Assembly (NCBI GenBank): GCA_000995965.1
Contig: LBYD01000001.1
Coordinates: 12,923-76,922, forward strand
DNA from: Candidatus Moranbacteria bacterium GW2011_GWC2_40_12
GTDB lineage: Bacteria > Patescibacteriota > Minisyncoccia > Moranbacterales > UBA11712
Direction: 5' to 3'
DNA: 64,000 bases
The translations under genes and the position numbers were made by a program. Every line of letters begins with the position of its first letter. Positions within the stretch are counted from its first letter, which is position 1. The notes under the pieces were generated by a model. That model did no database searches. It was not told where the DNA came from and was given only the letters and a program-made list of their open reading frames with translations. Positions 50,611 through 60,997 of this stretch are shown here, piece after piece.

Positions 50611-51734
50611 TGTAATATTGGGTCCAAGTCATATATCGTGTTTATCTTTCCAGACAACACAGATATAAAAGTCGGATTATTAGAAAATTGGCGGATAACG
50701 GTTGGCCTTGAATCATCCAGTTCTGACATTTTTAGAATTGGCTTTATGGCGAAATAAGAATCTTTATATTTTATTTTAACTTCTTCATTTAAGTATTTCT
50801 TTGCAAGCTGATTCATATAGCAATAAGCCGATTTTGGCCGAGCTGGGCAGTTATTGCAATTCTCGAGTTTTTTAGGTGTGCATTTTGGATTTTTATTTTG
50901 ACAGGTAAAAACTGGGAGTTCTTTCTGGGAGTCAAGATGCGGTGTGAATTCAACAGCGGTTAGGGAATGGGTTTTTGTGAGCCCAAAGGGCATTACTGAG
51001 AAAAACGGACCATCCATAACCGTAATGCCCATGTCTTTTAGGCTGTTGGAAACTTCGCATGTAATGATTTCGCAAATTTCATATTTGATCTTAAATTTTT
51101 CAAAACCGAATAAATCTATAATCTGATTAACCCCTGAATATGTAGCGTTTATAACAAATCCGCTGGTGAAAATTCCTTTTTCGCTGTTGAGTTCCAGCTC
51201 ATATTTATCTTGTTTCTTTTCAACCGCAACAGGGTGTGTATTATAGAAAATTGTGACATTCACATGCTTTTTTAACTCGGTTATAAAGTAATCCCTTATT
51301 TTATCTGCATCGAAAGAAAATTCCTTGGTTTCGTAGGTCTTTGCAATGGTGTCGTAATTTAAAATATTGTTTAATTTTATTTCATTGCAAGGAATTTTAG
51401 CGTTCTCGCAAAATTTTTCGAATTGTATCCCATCGGTAAATGAGAAATTTTTTGCGATAGCATATACTTTCTTGAAAGAAGAATTAATAGCAAAATCAAA
51501 ATCTTTATTGAATTTGTCGAAATATGACGCTGATTTCAAAGCCGTTGAAAGACTTCTTGGGTAATGATAACCATTATGAACGCGTGCCTGGTTTATGAAA
51601 CTAGCTCGCTTGAATGAAGCACTGTCGTGTTCGAGAACGGCAATCTTATAATTTTTCTTGCCAAGTTGGAGAGCAGAATATAGGCCGAATATTCCTGCCC
51701 CAATAATCATATAATCAAAATTTTCCCGTCTCAT
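50607..51734 (-). CDS. FAD-dependent oxidoreductase (Rossmann GxGxxG type)
   Basis: DYMIIGAGIFGLYSALQLGKKNYKIAVLE dinucleotide-binding motif. Confidence 0.65.
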   Translation of the reverse strand: MRRENFDYMIIGAGIFGLYSALQLGKKNYKIAVLEHDSASFKRASFINQARVHNGYHYPRSLSTALKSASYFDKFNKDFDFAINSSFKKVYAIAKNFSFTDGIQFEKFCENAKIPCNEIKLNNILNYDTIAKTYETKEFSFDADKIRDYFITELKKHVNVTIFYNTHPVAVEKKQDKYELELNSEKGIFTSGFVINATYSGVNQIIDLFGFEKFKIKYEICEIITCEVSNSLKDMGITVMDGPFFSVMPFGLTKTHSLTAVEFTPHLDSQKELPVFTCQNKNPKCTPKKLENCNNCPARPKSAYCYMNQLAKKYLNEEVKIKYKDSYFAIKPILKMSELDDSRPTVIRQFSNNPTFISVLSGKINTIYDLDPILQ

Positions 51735-51742
51735 ATAGTTGC

Positions 51743-52525
51743 TTATGGATTATACCAATGCAATGCCAGTTTAAACAGAATCTGGATTAGTTTCAAATTC
51801 CCTTTGATCGGACTTATTTTTGTGGGGATATTTCCTTTCTCCGGGTATCTTCTTTCAACCGGTATTTCTTTTACCTTGAATCTAAGCTGAGGAGCCCTGG
51901 CAGAAAGATATGCTAATAATTCGTAAGTTTCAAATATATTCCTGAAGGGAAGAACTCTCTTATCCATCAGGAATTTTTTTGAATAAGCGCGGTATCCATT
52001 TGTTGTGTCAGTGTAATGAAAACCTGAAAGAAGTGATATAAACGGAGCATGTATCAGCTTTATTGCAAGAAGCCTAAAGGTCGGTGTGTTAATTGCCTTC
52101 CCGCCGGGAATGAATCTCGACCCCTGGACAAGATCATATCCGATTTCCAGCTCCCTGATGAAAGAGGGGATAGCGCTCGAATTGTCTTTGTTGTTTCCAT
52201 CAATAGTGATAATTCCATTATATCCTTCGCGAAGGGCATAGGAATATCCCATTCTTAATTGCGCGCTTAGCTTCCCTGGTCCTGTTTTGACCAGAAGAGA
52301 ACGAACATTATTTTTTTTTAGAAAATCGAGATCAGTCGAACCATCAGTGCTGCCTCCATCGCAAATAATTATGTCAGCTAAGTGGGATAATTTTGCAACT
52401 TCAACTAATTGCTTTTTGAATTTTTGTCCCTCGTTAATAATCGGAATACAGATACAATAATTTTTTTTCTTCGGATGCAGTTCAAATTTTTTGAAGGCAG
52501 GAATTTGCCAAGGCTGGTCAGTCAT
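51743..52525 (-). CDS. GT2 family glycosyltransferase
   Basis: YCICIPIINEGQKF...IICDGGSTDGS and a DxD region. Confidence 0.65.
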   Translation of the reverse strand: MTDQPWQIPAFKKFELHPKKKNYCICIPIINEGQKFKKQLVEVAKLSHLADIIICDGGSTDGSTDLDFLKKNNVRSLLVKTGPGKLSAQLRMGYSYALREGYNGIITIDGNNKDNSSAIPSFIRELEIGYDLVQGSRFIPGGKAINTPTFRLLAIKLIHAPFISLLSGFHYTDTTNGYRAYSKKFLMDKRVLPFRNIFETYELLAYLSARAPQLRFKVKEIPVERRYPEKGNIPTKISPIKGNLKLIQILFKLALHWYNP

Positions 52526-53342
52526 TGTATATATTGCCTATGAAATTTAATGTTTCTTGGATGTTCTTTATGTTGGAAATTTCAGGTTCGCCACCTTTCA
52601 TTTCAACAGAAAGAGCAGATGAGTAGCCATACTTATGCAGTAATTCTTTGATTTTTTTATGCTTATCTTTATTGTTATCTATTTTTTTCAGAAATGGCTC
52701 GCTGATATGAAAATGGCCCGCGTGCGGAATAGCGGTTCGAAGAGCTGTTTCAATGTCTTCTCCGTTGGCAGTTATTGTTCCAAGATCTATATTCAATTTG
52801 AATCCAGGGTGATTTACATTTTTTACCAACTCAATTGCTTCACCAGTTGTAAGAATAAAATCCCCCCCATATATTTTTGGGTTTGGCTCTATGCAAAAGC
52901 AAGTATTATTTTCGAAAGCAAACCTTCCAAGCTCCCCAAAAAATGTTAATGCAATGTTGTGAGCCTCCTCTTTTTCCATATCACCAATTATTCTATTTTT
53001 GGGCGATCCAAAAACCAGTGCTTTGGCATCAAATTTTCCTGCCAAGATTATATTTTTTTTGAGATATTCCATTGTGTCATTTCTTGTTTTTTCATCCTGA
53101 AAAATTGCAAATTCAGGATGTCCGAATAAAAGAGACTGAAATCCCACGACGGTTATGCCTTTTTCGCCGAGTAACTCCAAAAAAATGTTAATGGTTTTAT
53201 CATCTTGTTCATATGGATTTTCCCATGTCCGGGAAGGAGCGATTTCCAGTCCAAATACTCCATTTTTTTTCATTAAAGAATAGACTTCTCCATCTTCATC
53301 CTTTCTCCAAGCAATGTTTGATATCGCTATCTTATAATGCAT
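52518..53342 (-). CDS. sugar phosphate isomerase/epimerase (xylose-isomerase-like TIM barrel)
   Basis: AP_endonuc_2-like pattern (LEIAPSR..., FCIEPNP, HFHISE). Confidence 0.6.
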   Translation of the reverse strand: MHYKIAISNIAWRKDEDGEVYSLMKKNGVFGLEIAPSRTWENPYEQDDKTINIFLELLGEKGITVVGFQSLLFGHPEFAIFQDEKTRNDTMEYLKKNIILAGKFDAKALVFGSPKNRIIGDMEKEEAHNIALTFFGELGRFAFENNTCFCIEPNPKIYGGDFILTTGEAIELVKNVNHPGFKLNIDLGTITANGEDIETALRTAIPHAGHFHISEPFLKKIDNNKDKHKKIKELLHKYGYSSALSVEMKGGEPEISNIKNIQETLNFIGNIYND

Positions 53343-54096
53343 AGTTTTCGATAAAATCTTTTAGTTGTCTAATTATTTCTTTTTTGTCATATAAATAGTT
53401 ACCCTTTTTTCCATAAAAAGAAGCATATTTCGTGTGCATGTCATAAGAAGCGGGCGGATTTGGGGTAATATTCATAAAATCTACATTGAAGCATCCTTGG
53501 CATATTTCCGCAACGCTCAATGGTTCTGTAGCAAAATTTATCAGTGAAATTGAATTTTGCAAGGCGATTTCAATATCTTTCCAAATATCATCAAGACAGT
53601 AGAACTGAAAAACACTGTCCCTGTGAGTGAATTCTGATTTTTTGCTATTAAGCATATCGAAGACAAAATTTTTCTTCAAGCCCTTTCCGAATAATCCGGG
53701 CAATCTTATGATTAAATGCTTCACGAAATTTTTTCGAATAAAATTTTCCAAATAAAATCGATGTTTTCCATAAGCATGGTTTTGTTCAGGATCAATAATC
53801 GTTTCTTCGTCTACACCTTTCGGATTTTCATATACATCCACAGTTGAAATCAATACGACTTGTTTTGCTTTTATTGATGATATTGTGCTAATTAAATTCT
53901 GAATTTTTCGGAGGTCTTTCTCCGGATTCTGATTGGCTTTCCATTTTTCAGCCGATGGAGCTGCGATAACCAGCAAGTCGAAATATCGTCCTTCGATATC
54001 CGAAATATTCGTAGTATTAAAAGAATAATCAAAATTAGATTGGGCGATAATATTACCACCGACGAATCCAGTATAGCCAATAATTGCTTTTTTCAT
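53332..54096 (-). CDS. short NAD(P)-binding Rossmann protein (epimerase/reductase-like, 254 aa)
   Basis: MKKAIIGYTGFVGGNI N-terminal dinucleotide fold. Confidence 0.5.
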   Translation of the reverse strand: MKKAIIGYTGFVGGNIIAQSNFDYSFNTTNISDIEGRYFDLLVIAAPSAEKWKANQNPEKDLRKIQNLISTISSIKAKQVVLISTVDVYENPKGVDEETIIDPEQNHAYGKHRFYLENFIRKNFVKHLIIRLPGLFGKGLKKNFVFDMLNSKKSEFTHRDSVFQFYCLDDIWKDIEIALQNSISLINFATEPLSVAEICQGCFNVDFMNITPNPPASYDMHTKYASFYGKKGNYLYDKKEIIRQLKDFIENYAL

Positions 54097-54124
54097 ATAA
54101 TTTTTTTCTTATGGATACGATGGG

Positions 54125-55489
54125 TTAAAATAACTTTTTTATTTTAAAGACTTTCGGAATTAGCTTGCTGATAAGCTCTTCGTCTGGATAAAGGGCAAAA
54201 ATCCTGAAACATTTTTTATATTTGCTCGGAGGTGATGTCTTGTAACAATCCAAAGCCTCCTGCTTTCCGATTGTTACCATTTTTGTATAGCTTCTTATGG
54301 GAGAAGTCAAGAATACCACATTATAGGTGAGGAAAAATATCAGAGCTAATTTAAGATAAACTCCTCTTTTGTATTGGGAAAAAATAAAAAAAATGCCGAT
54401 CGGGATAAGAAGGGCAAAGGTTACATATCGCGAAGCAAGAGCTTGAGCTGCACCAAGTGAAGACCGGCCGACTGTTATGATGGAAATAAAGGCAAGAGCG
54501 AAAGCTATTGAAGATGCTCCAACTACGAGATTCATGTGCCATTTTTTTTTAATAAATATTTCATATAAAGCAATCGCTAAAATAAAAAGAGTGATTATTA
54601 GAAGAAAATAGCTAATTAAGGAGTATTCCTTTGGATATAAAAATCCGTTGCTTACTGCTAATGAAAAATACTCGATTGATTTTTTTGAAACGCCAGGGAA
54701 CGACGCAGGTTGAAAGATTCTTTTGTAGTTTATAAAATATGATCCGATGATGGAAATATTCAAAAAAACAAAAAACAACAAATTACCGATCTTCCCGCTC
54801 TTTTTTCTGAAAAAATCATAAGCGATGTGTCCTATTGTGATGACAGGAAGAATCAGCCCATGAAAACTTGAATACGCGCTCATTAGGGAAAGCGTTGAAA
54901 AGGCAGCATTTCTTTTTTTTGTATTTTTGATCCTAAGCACTGCAAGCCAGAGGCAGAAAAAAAACAGGGGAAGAATAAAAGAAATTTGAAATCCCCAGTC
55001 GATATTTTCAAATTGGAAAATATTCAGAAATAGCAAGGGGATTATCAGGTCCAGAATTTCTATTTTTTTACTTATTGACCTTTTTAGAAATAAAATGACA
55101 AGCGAGGAAGAAATCATCAGTAAAGACACAAATTTTATTTCCAAAATTTGGCTCCAATGAGAAATTATTGCAAGGAACTTGATTATAATCAAGCCGACTC
55201 CAATTCGATGTTCATTATGTTGGTATTGAAATAATTCCCACAAGCTTGCTTTTTTGGCCAATATTTCCACTATACTCCACTGATCCCAAAAAGGCACGTC
55301 AACTGCGTTCCTACCGACAAAGAAAACAAAATTGTATAGTATGAGCAAAAATCCCGCCGAAAAAACAACGAATTTTATTTTTTTAGAATTTTCTTCCTGT
55401 TTCATTTTTTGGATCAGGGTGCTTAGCATTTTTCTGGTTTCATATTTTAGGTGTCTTCCGATAATCTCCCCGCGAAAGCCATTTTTCAA
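54125..55489 (-). CDS. polytopic membrane protein (454 aa), possibly a polymerase/ligase-type or GT-C protein
   Basis: About 12 TM segments. No motif recognised. Confidence 0.4.
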   Translation of the reverse strand: MKNGFRGEIIGRHLKYETRKMLSTLIQKMKQEENSKKIKFVVFSAGFLLILYNFVFFVGRNAVDVPFWDQWSIVEILAKKASLWELFQYQHNEHRIGVGLIIIKFLAIISHWSQILEIKFVSLLMISSSLVILFLKRSISKKIEILDLIIPLLFLNIFQFENIDWGFQISFILPLFFFCLWLAVLRIKNTKKRNAAFSTLSLMSAYSSFHGLILPVITIGHIAYDFFRKKSGKIGNLLFFVFLNISIIGSYFINYKRIFQPASFPGVSKKSIEYFSLAVSNGFLYPKEYSLISYFLLIITLFILAIALYEIFIKKKWHMNLVVGASSIAFALAFISIITVGRSSLGAAQALASRYVTFALLIPIGIFFIFSQYKRGVYLKLALIFFLTYNVVFLTSPIRSYTKMVTIGKQEALDCYKTSPPSKYKKCFRIFALYPDEELISKLIPKVFKIKKLF

Positions 55490-56183
55490 GGAGGCAATAA
55501 AGGATAATAAAAAAATACCGGCTGCCCATTTCTTTGATCTTGAGTTTGGATTCTCCTTCTTTCCGATTCGTCCAGTGGTTGGGGACGACGGTGTAGGAAT
55601 ATCCGCGGACGATGGCTTTGAGAGGCAGTTCTGCCAATATATTGAAATGATGGCTCAAAAATGGTTTGAGGCCATCTATCGTTTCCCTTGAATACAACTT
55701 AAACGCGTTCGTGACATCATTGTATTTTATTCCGAACAGTATTCGAATAGCAGTATTGGCGAGTCGGTTCAGCACGTATTTGAATTTCGGGTAGTCAATC
55801 GTTTTTCCGCCCTTGATGAAGCGCGAACCGAATACACAATCGAAACCTTCTTCGAACTTCCGAAAATATCGGACGAGATCTTCGGGACGGTCGGAAATGT
55901 CGGCCATCACAATCGCCACGCAATCACCCTGGTAATTTGCGAGCCCCTTTCGGATGGCGAAACCAATTCCGTTGGGCGGGATGTTATTCACATAACGAAT
56001 TTGATGATTTTCCGCCGACAATTTTTGGAGTATTTCTTCGGTGCTGTCCCGACTGTTGTCATTCACGATCAGAATTTCGTTATCTATATGCTCTTTTTCG
56101 AGCTCATCATGAAAAGCGCGGACCGTATCTTCAATCTGGCCTTCCTCGTTGTGAGCAGGGATGACAACGGATAATTTGGGCAT
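55440..56183 (-). CDS. GT2 family glycosyltransferase (DPM1-like soluble type)
   Basis: LSVVIPAHNEEGQI...ILIVNDNSRDST...DADISD. Confidence 0.75.
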   Translation of the reverse strand: MPKLSVVIPAHNEEGQIEDTVRAFHDELEKEHIDNEILIVNDNSRDSTEEILQKLSAENHQIRYVNNIPPNGIGFAIRKGLANYQGDCVAIVMADISDRPEDLVRYFRKFEEGFDCVFGSRFIKGGKTIDYPKFKYVLNRLANTAIRILFGIKYNDVTNAFKLYSRETIDGLKPFLSHHFNILAELPLKAIVRGYSYTVVPNHWTNRKEGESKLKIKEMGSRYFFIILYCLLEKWLSRGDYRKTPKI

Positions 56184-56190
56184 TATAATT

Positions 56191-57261
56191 TTAGGATAAA
56201 ATTGGTTTTAGCAGCTCCTTGTTTTCGTTTATCCAATCGGCGATGTCTTTGATTGTTTCCTCGGCGTTTTTTTTCGGTTTCCAGCCGGTGAGCTTTTTTA
56301 TTTTTGTCGAATCAGTGATGAACATTTTTAGATCCGCCGGGCGATTATCTTTCACCGAATCAATTTCAATTTTGTTTCCCGTCACTTTTTCGCAAATTTC
56401 GGTGAGTTCCTTGAGAGACACGCTGCTTTCGAGACCCCCGCCGATATTCCAGATATTTCCGTTGAATTTTTCAATGTCGTTGAGTTGAATGTCGAGAATA
56501 TCAAAAAGATCATCAATATGGATGAAGTCCCGGACTTGTTTTCCTTCTCCGCCGTAGCCTATATACGATAATTTTCCGCTGAAAATATGCCGCGCGACCC
56601 AAAGGACAAAAACCCCCTGATCAACTTTTCCCATCTGCCAGGGGCCGGTGATGACGCCGCAGCGGTTGATGATTCCCTTTATTCCATAGTTATAAATATA
56701 TTCCTGAAGCAGAAGTTCTGAGCAAAGTTTGGAGGTTCCATAGAGCGAGCGGGCGCCTTCGAGAGGAAAATTTTCGGCAATCCCTTCTTTTGAAGCGCCG
56801 ATTGTGGCTTGTTTGTCGGCCAGATTGAATCTTTTTTCTTCCTCGACGTATACCAGATTATTTATCGGATCGATCGGATAGACCCGGCTGGTCGAAAGAA
56901 AGACGAAAGCCGCCCTGTTTTGGCGGGCGAATTCAAGGCAGTTGATTGTGCCGACAAGATTGGTGTTGATGAGATAAGACGGCGAAGATGTGATTCCGGC
57001 CAAAACTGAAGGCTCGGCCGAGCATTCAAGAATCAGGTCATTTTTCCCGATTTCCTCAAAATCTTCTTTGTTTCGGATATCACCGTGAACAAAATTCACT
57101 CCCGCGGCTTTGAGACGGGGAATGTTCAGCTCCGAACCGCGGCGCTTGAGATTGTCCATGCAAAAAATTTCAGCGCCTCTGTATTTCGCTTTCAGCTTCA
57201 AAGCTAAATTTGATCCGACGAAACCTGCTCCGCCGGTGATTAAAATATTTTTATAATCCAT
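56191..57261 (-). CDS. NAD-dependent nucleotide-sugar epimerase/dehydratase
   Basis: [14 protein letters not shown] and a YxxxK context. 356 aa. Confidence 0.8.
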   Translation of the reverse strand: MDYKNILITGGAGFVGSNLALKLKAKYRGAEIFCMDNLKRRGSELNIPRLKAAGVNFVHGDIRNKEDFEEIGKNDLILECSAEPSVLAGITSSPSYLINTNLVGTINCLEFARQNRAAFVFLSTSRVYPIDPINNLVYVEEEKRFNLADKQATIGASKEGIAENFPLEGARSLYGTSKLCSELLLQEYIYNYGIKGIINRCGVITGPWQMGKVDQGVFVLWVARHIFSGKLSYIGYGGEGKQVRDFIHIDDLFDILDIQLNDIEKFNGNIWNIGGGLESSVSLKELTEICEKVTGNKIEIDSVKDNRPADLKMFITDSTKIKKLTGWKPKKNAEETIKDIADWINENKELLKPILS

Positions 57262-57264
57262 TTC

Positions 57265-58314
57265 TTAAAAGTGGCCGCTTTCGCAAATTTCTTTCAGGAT
57301 ATCGTCAATTCCATATTTGAAATCCCAATCGGGATAATGCTTTTTGAATTTCGAAACGTCGCTGATATACCAGATATGGTCGCCGACGCGGTTGGTTTCA
57401 TTATACTCCGTAACGGCTTTTTTTCCAAGGATATTTTCCAGTTTTTCGATGGCTTCGAGCATCGAAATATTGGAGTGCCGTGCGCCACCGGCGTTATAAA
57501 CTTCGCCCTGCCGCGGATTTTGGTAAAAATGCCAAAACATATTGACGAGGTCGAAACTGTGGATATTGTCGCGGACTTGTTTTCCCTTGTAGCCAAAAAT
57601 CGTGTATTTTTGTCCCGTCGCGACGCATTTGGCGAGATAGGCGAGGAAGCCGTGAAGCTGGGCGCCGCTGTGCTGGGGGCCGGTGAGGCAACCTCCGCGG
57701 AAAGTTCCGGTCTTGAGGCCGAAATAGCGTCCGTATTCCTGGACCATGATGTCGGCCGCAACTTTCGAGGCGCCGAAAACACTGTGTTTTGACTGGTCGA
57801 TCGACATAAATTCATCGATTCCGTTCCAATAGGGGTGCCCTTTTTCAATTTCCCACCTTTTTTCGAGTTCGACGAGCGGCAGTTCATTGGGCTTGTCGCC
57901 ATAGACTTTGTTGGTTGAGGTGAAAATGAAAACGGCTTCCGGGCAGTGCTTACGGAAAGCTTCCAGGAGATTCAAGGTCCCGTTGGCGTTCACGGTGAAA
58001 TCAGTGATCGGCTCCTTGGCGGCCCAGTCATGGGAAGGCTGGGCGGCGGTATGGATGATGAGATCAAATTTGATTTCCTCGAAAATCTTTTCGATCGTCT
58101 TTTCGTTGCGGATATCGAGATCGATCGGGATGAAATTCGAGTATTTTTCCTTGAGCAGGTTATTGTTCCACTTGGTGCTGGCTTCTTCGCCGAAAAAATA
58201 GCTGCGCATGTCGTTGTCGATGCCCACAACCAAAAATTCTTTTTCAGCGAAAAATCTCACCGATTCGGACCCAATCAGCCCTCCTGATCCGGTAATCAAG
58301 ACTCTTTTTTTCAT
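57265..58314 (-). CDS. NAD-dependent nucleotide-sugar epimerase/dehydratase
   Basis: [13 protein letters not shown]. 349 aa. Confidence 0.8.
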   Translation of the reverse strand: MKKRVLITGSGGLIGSESVRFFAEKEFLVVGIDNDMRSYFFGEEASTKWNNNLLKEKYSNFIPIDLDIRNEKTIEKIFEEIKFDLIIHTAAQPSHDWAAKEPITDFTVNANGTLNLLEAFRKHCPEAVFIFTSTNKVYGDKPNELPLVELEKRWEIEKGHPYWNGIDEFMSIDQSKHSVFGASKVAADIMVQEYGRYFGLKTGTFRGGCLTGPQHSGAQLHGFLAYLAKCVATGQKYTIFGYKGKQVRDNIHSFDLVNMFWHFYQNPRQGEVYNAGGARHSNISMLEAIEKLENILGKKAVTEYNETNRVGDHIWYISDVSKFKKHYPDWDFKYGIDDILKEICESGHF

Positions 58315-58482
58315 TTTGCGTTTGATTTAGGTTTGTTAGGTGCTTCCAAAAAGAAATACAGCCTCCTAATGCTGCTCATCAAAGTATAGCTCTTTTGGCC
58401 CAAAAAAATCAAGCTTTTGGCTTGAAAATTGGCGAGCGGCCCGGATTCGCGTTTCGCGAATGGGCCGCTCGGGAGTTCGGGA

Positions 58483-59619
58483 TCATTTTCCAAAAACTTC
58501 TTGAAGTTGCAGGAGAGCATCTAAGTCATCGTGATACCCTCCCGGGTAGAGATGTCCTCCATCGATTTCAACGGCGTACCAGATATTTCCGCCTCTTTTC
58601 TCGTCCAGCTCTTGCATAAGCCGGAGGATGAGGGGCCAGGGCATAATGGGGTCATTCCACCGGATCGGCGGAGTGATGTGGCGCAGAGGATCCTCCACCT
58701 GGGCGACGTGGAAGGTAATGGGACCCATGACGTCACGCAGGCAGTGAAATTGAGCCTCCCAAGTCCAGAGGTCGGGGTTATGAGAACCGCTTGGCATGAA
58801 GGGCGGGAATATCAGCTGATGTCCCAACCCTTGTTGCTGCTCCTCGAGGTACCTAATTTGCTCGCCCACAGTTGTCAATTTCCGATATATGGATAAAGGA
58901 TGCATATCCTTTCCCTGAAGACAAGCCAGTGCCATCCCGAGGTGCTGGAGGTCGGCCGTGACGCCCCAGCCGTATGATAGGCCATTAATCATCTCTGAAA
59001 ACAGCCGGTTGCCGGAATGGAGCAAATTGGCCTGTTGGTCAGAGGTCGTCGGCTCGTTTTCAATGGAAATACCGACTGGGGATAATTTTCCAAATTCTCC
59101 TCCTCTGAAAACTAAATCTCTAAATTCTTTGCGTCGCTGTATTTCCCATTCCCAAAGTTTGTTTTGGATGTAGAGGGCGGACTGGAGACGTCTGTTCCAG
59201 TCTTGTTCAAAGAAAAACCGGGGCCAAGTCAGCATAGGATGATAGGAAATGTCGACCTGTAACCCAGTCTTTTCATGGAGATAATGCAACGCTTTCAAAA
59301 TGCTGAGAGCATAGCAGTAGCGGTCAGCGTCCAGAAAGGTCGTAGCTGCCACGTCAACATTTATGTTATTCTCCTTGGTCGTTATCAGCGGCCAGCAGTT
59401 GAGCGCCACAGAGACGCGCTTCAGGAACGGAAATTTTTCCGCGAGCGCAAAGAGCCGCTCGTGGAAGGTGAGGAGGTTTTTCGGCAGCATGTCGGTGGCC
59501 AGACTGATAATCTGGACTCCCTCGATGTTTTCCACGCCGTTGGTGATCAGCCACTCGATTTTTGAGGGCTTGCCAATTCCCATTAGGCTATCGTAGTCGC
59601 CCAAAACCAGTTTCCGCAC
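58483..59619 (-). CDS. hypothetical protein (378 aa) in a high-GC island
   Basis: ORF with Trp-rich sequence. Local GC is about 55% versus about 40% for the flanks (estimated by eye). Confidence 0.45.
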   Translation of the reverse strand: MRKLVLGDYDSLMGIGKPSKIEWLITNGVENIEGVQIISLATDMLPKNLLTFHERLFALAEKFPFLKRVSVALNCWPLITTKENNINVDVAATTFLDADRYCYALSILKALHYLHEKTGLQVDISYHPMLTWPRFFFEQDWNRRLQSALYIQNKLWEWEIQRRKEFRDLVFRGGEFGKLSPVGISIENEPTTSDQQANLLHSGNRLFSEMINGLSYGWGVTADLQHLGMALACLQGKDMHPLSIYRKLTTVGEQIRYLEEQQQGLGHQLIFPPFMPSGSHNPDLWTWEAQFHCLRDVMGPITFHVAQVEDPLRHITPPIRWNDPIMPWPLILRLMQELDEKRGGNIWYAVEIDGGHLYPGGYHDDLDALLQLQEVFGK

Positions 59620-59790
59620 GGCTCATTCCTCCCTTTTATTTTTTAAAGTTAAAGCGGCCAAATAAGCCACTTTCCGGTGTCTTTTTAGACTTTTCAATAT
59701 ACAGAAGGTTTGCTAATAAGTCAAGTATTTTCGCAGAAAAAAACCCTTGCTTAAGGGCTTGTAATCCGTTTTTATTTAGGTTTAAAGTTT

Positions 59791-60138
59791 CTATTTCACT
59801 GAAACCAGCGAAACTCCAAGCATTATGAGAAATATTCCGGCAAGATTCACCGCGCTCAATTTTTCCCCGAAAAGAAAGTAGGCTCCGATAGCAGTAAGAA
59901 TATATGTTATGCTCAAAAGAGGATAAGCAACTGAAAGTTTCATTGATGTCAGAATCTGAGTCCAAGTCAGGGTTCCAACAGCGAAAAAAGAAATGGCCGC
60001 GTAGAACCAGGGATTATAAAAATATTTTGAAACAAGACTCCAATCGCTGTGTTGGTTCAAGAAAACCGCCGCCTGCTTGAAAAAAAGCTGGCCGATAGTC
60101 ATCAAAACCATATTTACTGCGAGAAGAAGATAAGGCAT
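59791..60138 (-). CDS. small 4-TM DMT/SMR-type protein, ArnE/EamA-like flippase subunit
   Basis: 115 aa with four hydrophobic helices. Lies directly downstream of a GT2 polyprenyl-P-glycosyltransferase, as in arnC-arnE/F and gtrB-gtrA arrangements. Confidence 0.55.
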   Translation of the reverse strand: MPYLLLAVNMVLMTIGQLFFKQAAVFLNQHSDWSLVSKYFYNPWFYAAISFFAVGTLTWTQILTSMKLSVAYPLLSITYILTAIGAYFLFGEKLSAVNLAGIFLIMLGVSLVSVK

Positions 60139-60148
60139 AGAAATTATT

Positions 60149-60870
60149 TTACCGGCTAAACAAATTATACTTAATTATGCACCAAATGGCTTCAATTCCG
60201 TCTTTCCAGCCGATTTTCTTTCCTTCCTTGTATGTCCGGCCGGAATAAGAGATTCCGACTTCATAAACGCGACAGGCTCCCTTTTTATTCAGTTTCGCAA
60301 CTTTTGCCACAATCTCCGGCTCAATTCCGAATCTTTTCGATTTCAGTTGATGCTTTATTTGTTGCAGAATTTCTTTTGTAAATACTTTGTAGCCGGACTC
60401 AATGTCAGTAAGGTTCAGATTGGTCAGGATATTTGAAAAATTAGTGATAATTTTGTTGCCGACATAATGCCAAAAATACAAAACTCGATGCGGCCGATGG
60501 CTCAAAAACCTTGAAGTGAAAACGGCATCAGCTTTTCCATCCAGTACCGGTTGAATAATTTCCGAATATTCGTTCGGATCGTATTCAAGATCTGCGTCCT
60601 GAATCACAATAATATCCCCCGTCACGTTTTGAAAACCGGTTTTAAGGGCGGCGCCTTTTCCTTTATTAATTTTGTGATGATGGATTTTGTGTCTATCTTT
60701 ATATTTCTCAAGAATTTCTTTTGATTTGTCGCTGGAACAATCGTTCACCAGGATAATTTCTTTTTCCAGATGAAAAGTATCCGCATTTTCAACGGCAGAG
60801 ATGATTTTCTCGAGAGTTTTTTCTTCATTAAAATCGGAACGACTATGCTGATTTTGGAAAAATTTTTCAT
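60149..60870 (-). CDS. GT2 polyprenyl-phosphate glycosyltransferase (ArnC/GtrB-like) with an apparent 1-nt frameshift near codon 15
   Basis: The track ORF 60149..60748 lacks the first GT2 beta-strand. A different frame upstream encodes MKNFSKISIVVPIL from ATG 60870. Restoring one A in the run at 60830-60833 would join ...SIVVPILNEEKTLEKI... Confidence 0.6.
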
Positions 60871-60997
60871 ATGCCGTGAAATAGGCTACTCTTCCATAAT
60901 AAATCTTTTTTCCGTAAAGCTCAAGCCAGCTCGGCCGGGCTTGCCCGAAACGGCCGCGTTGGCTAGTATATGGAGGTAATCAATAAACTTTGAACAC

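Noticed and set aside
57271-58287. Plus-strand ORFs 57271..57792 and 57946..58287, and minus-strand ORF 57294..57902
   Set aside because: They overlap the minus-strand epimerase gene 57265..58314, which has a clear GxGxxG N-terminus.
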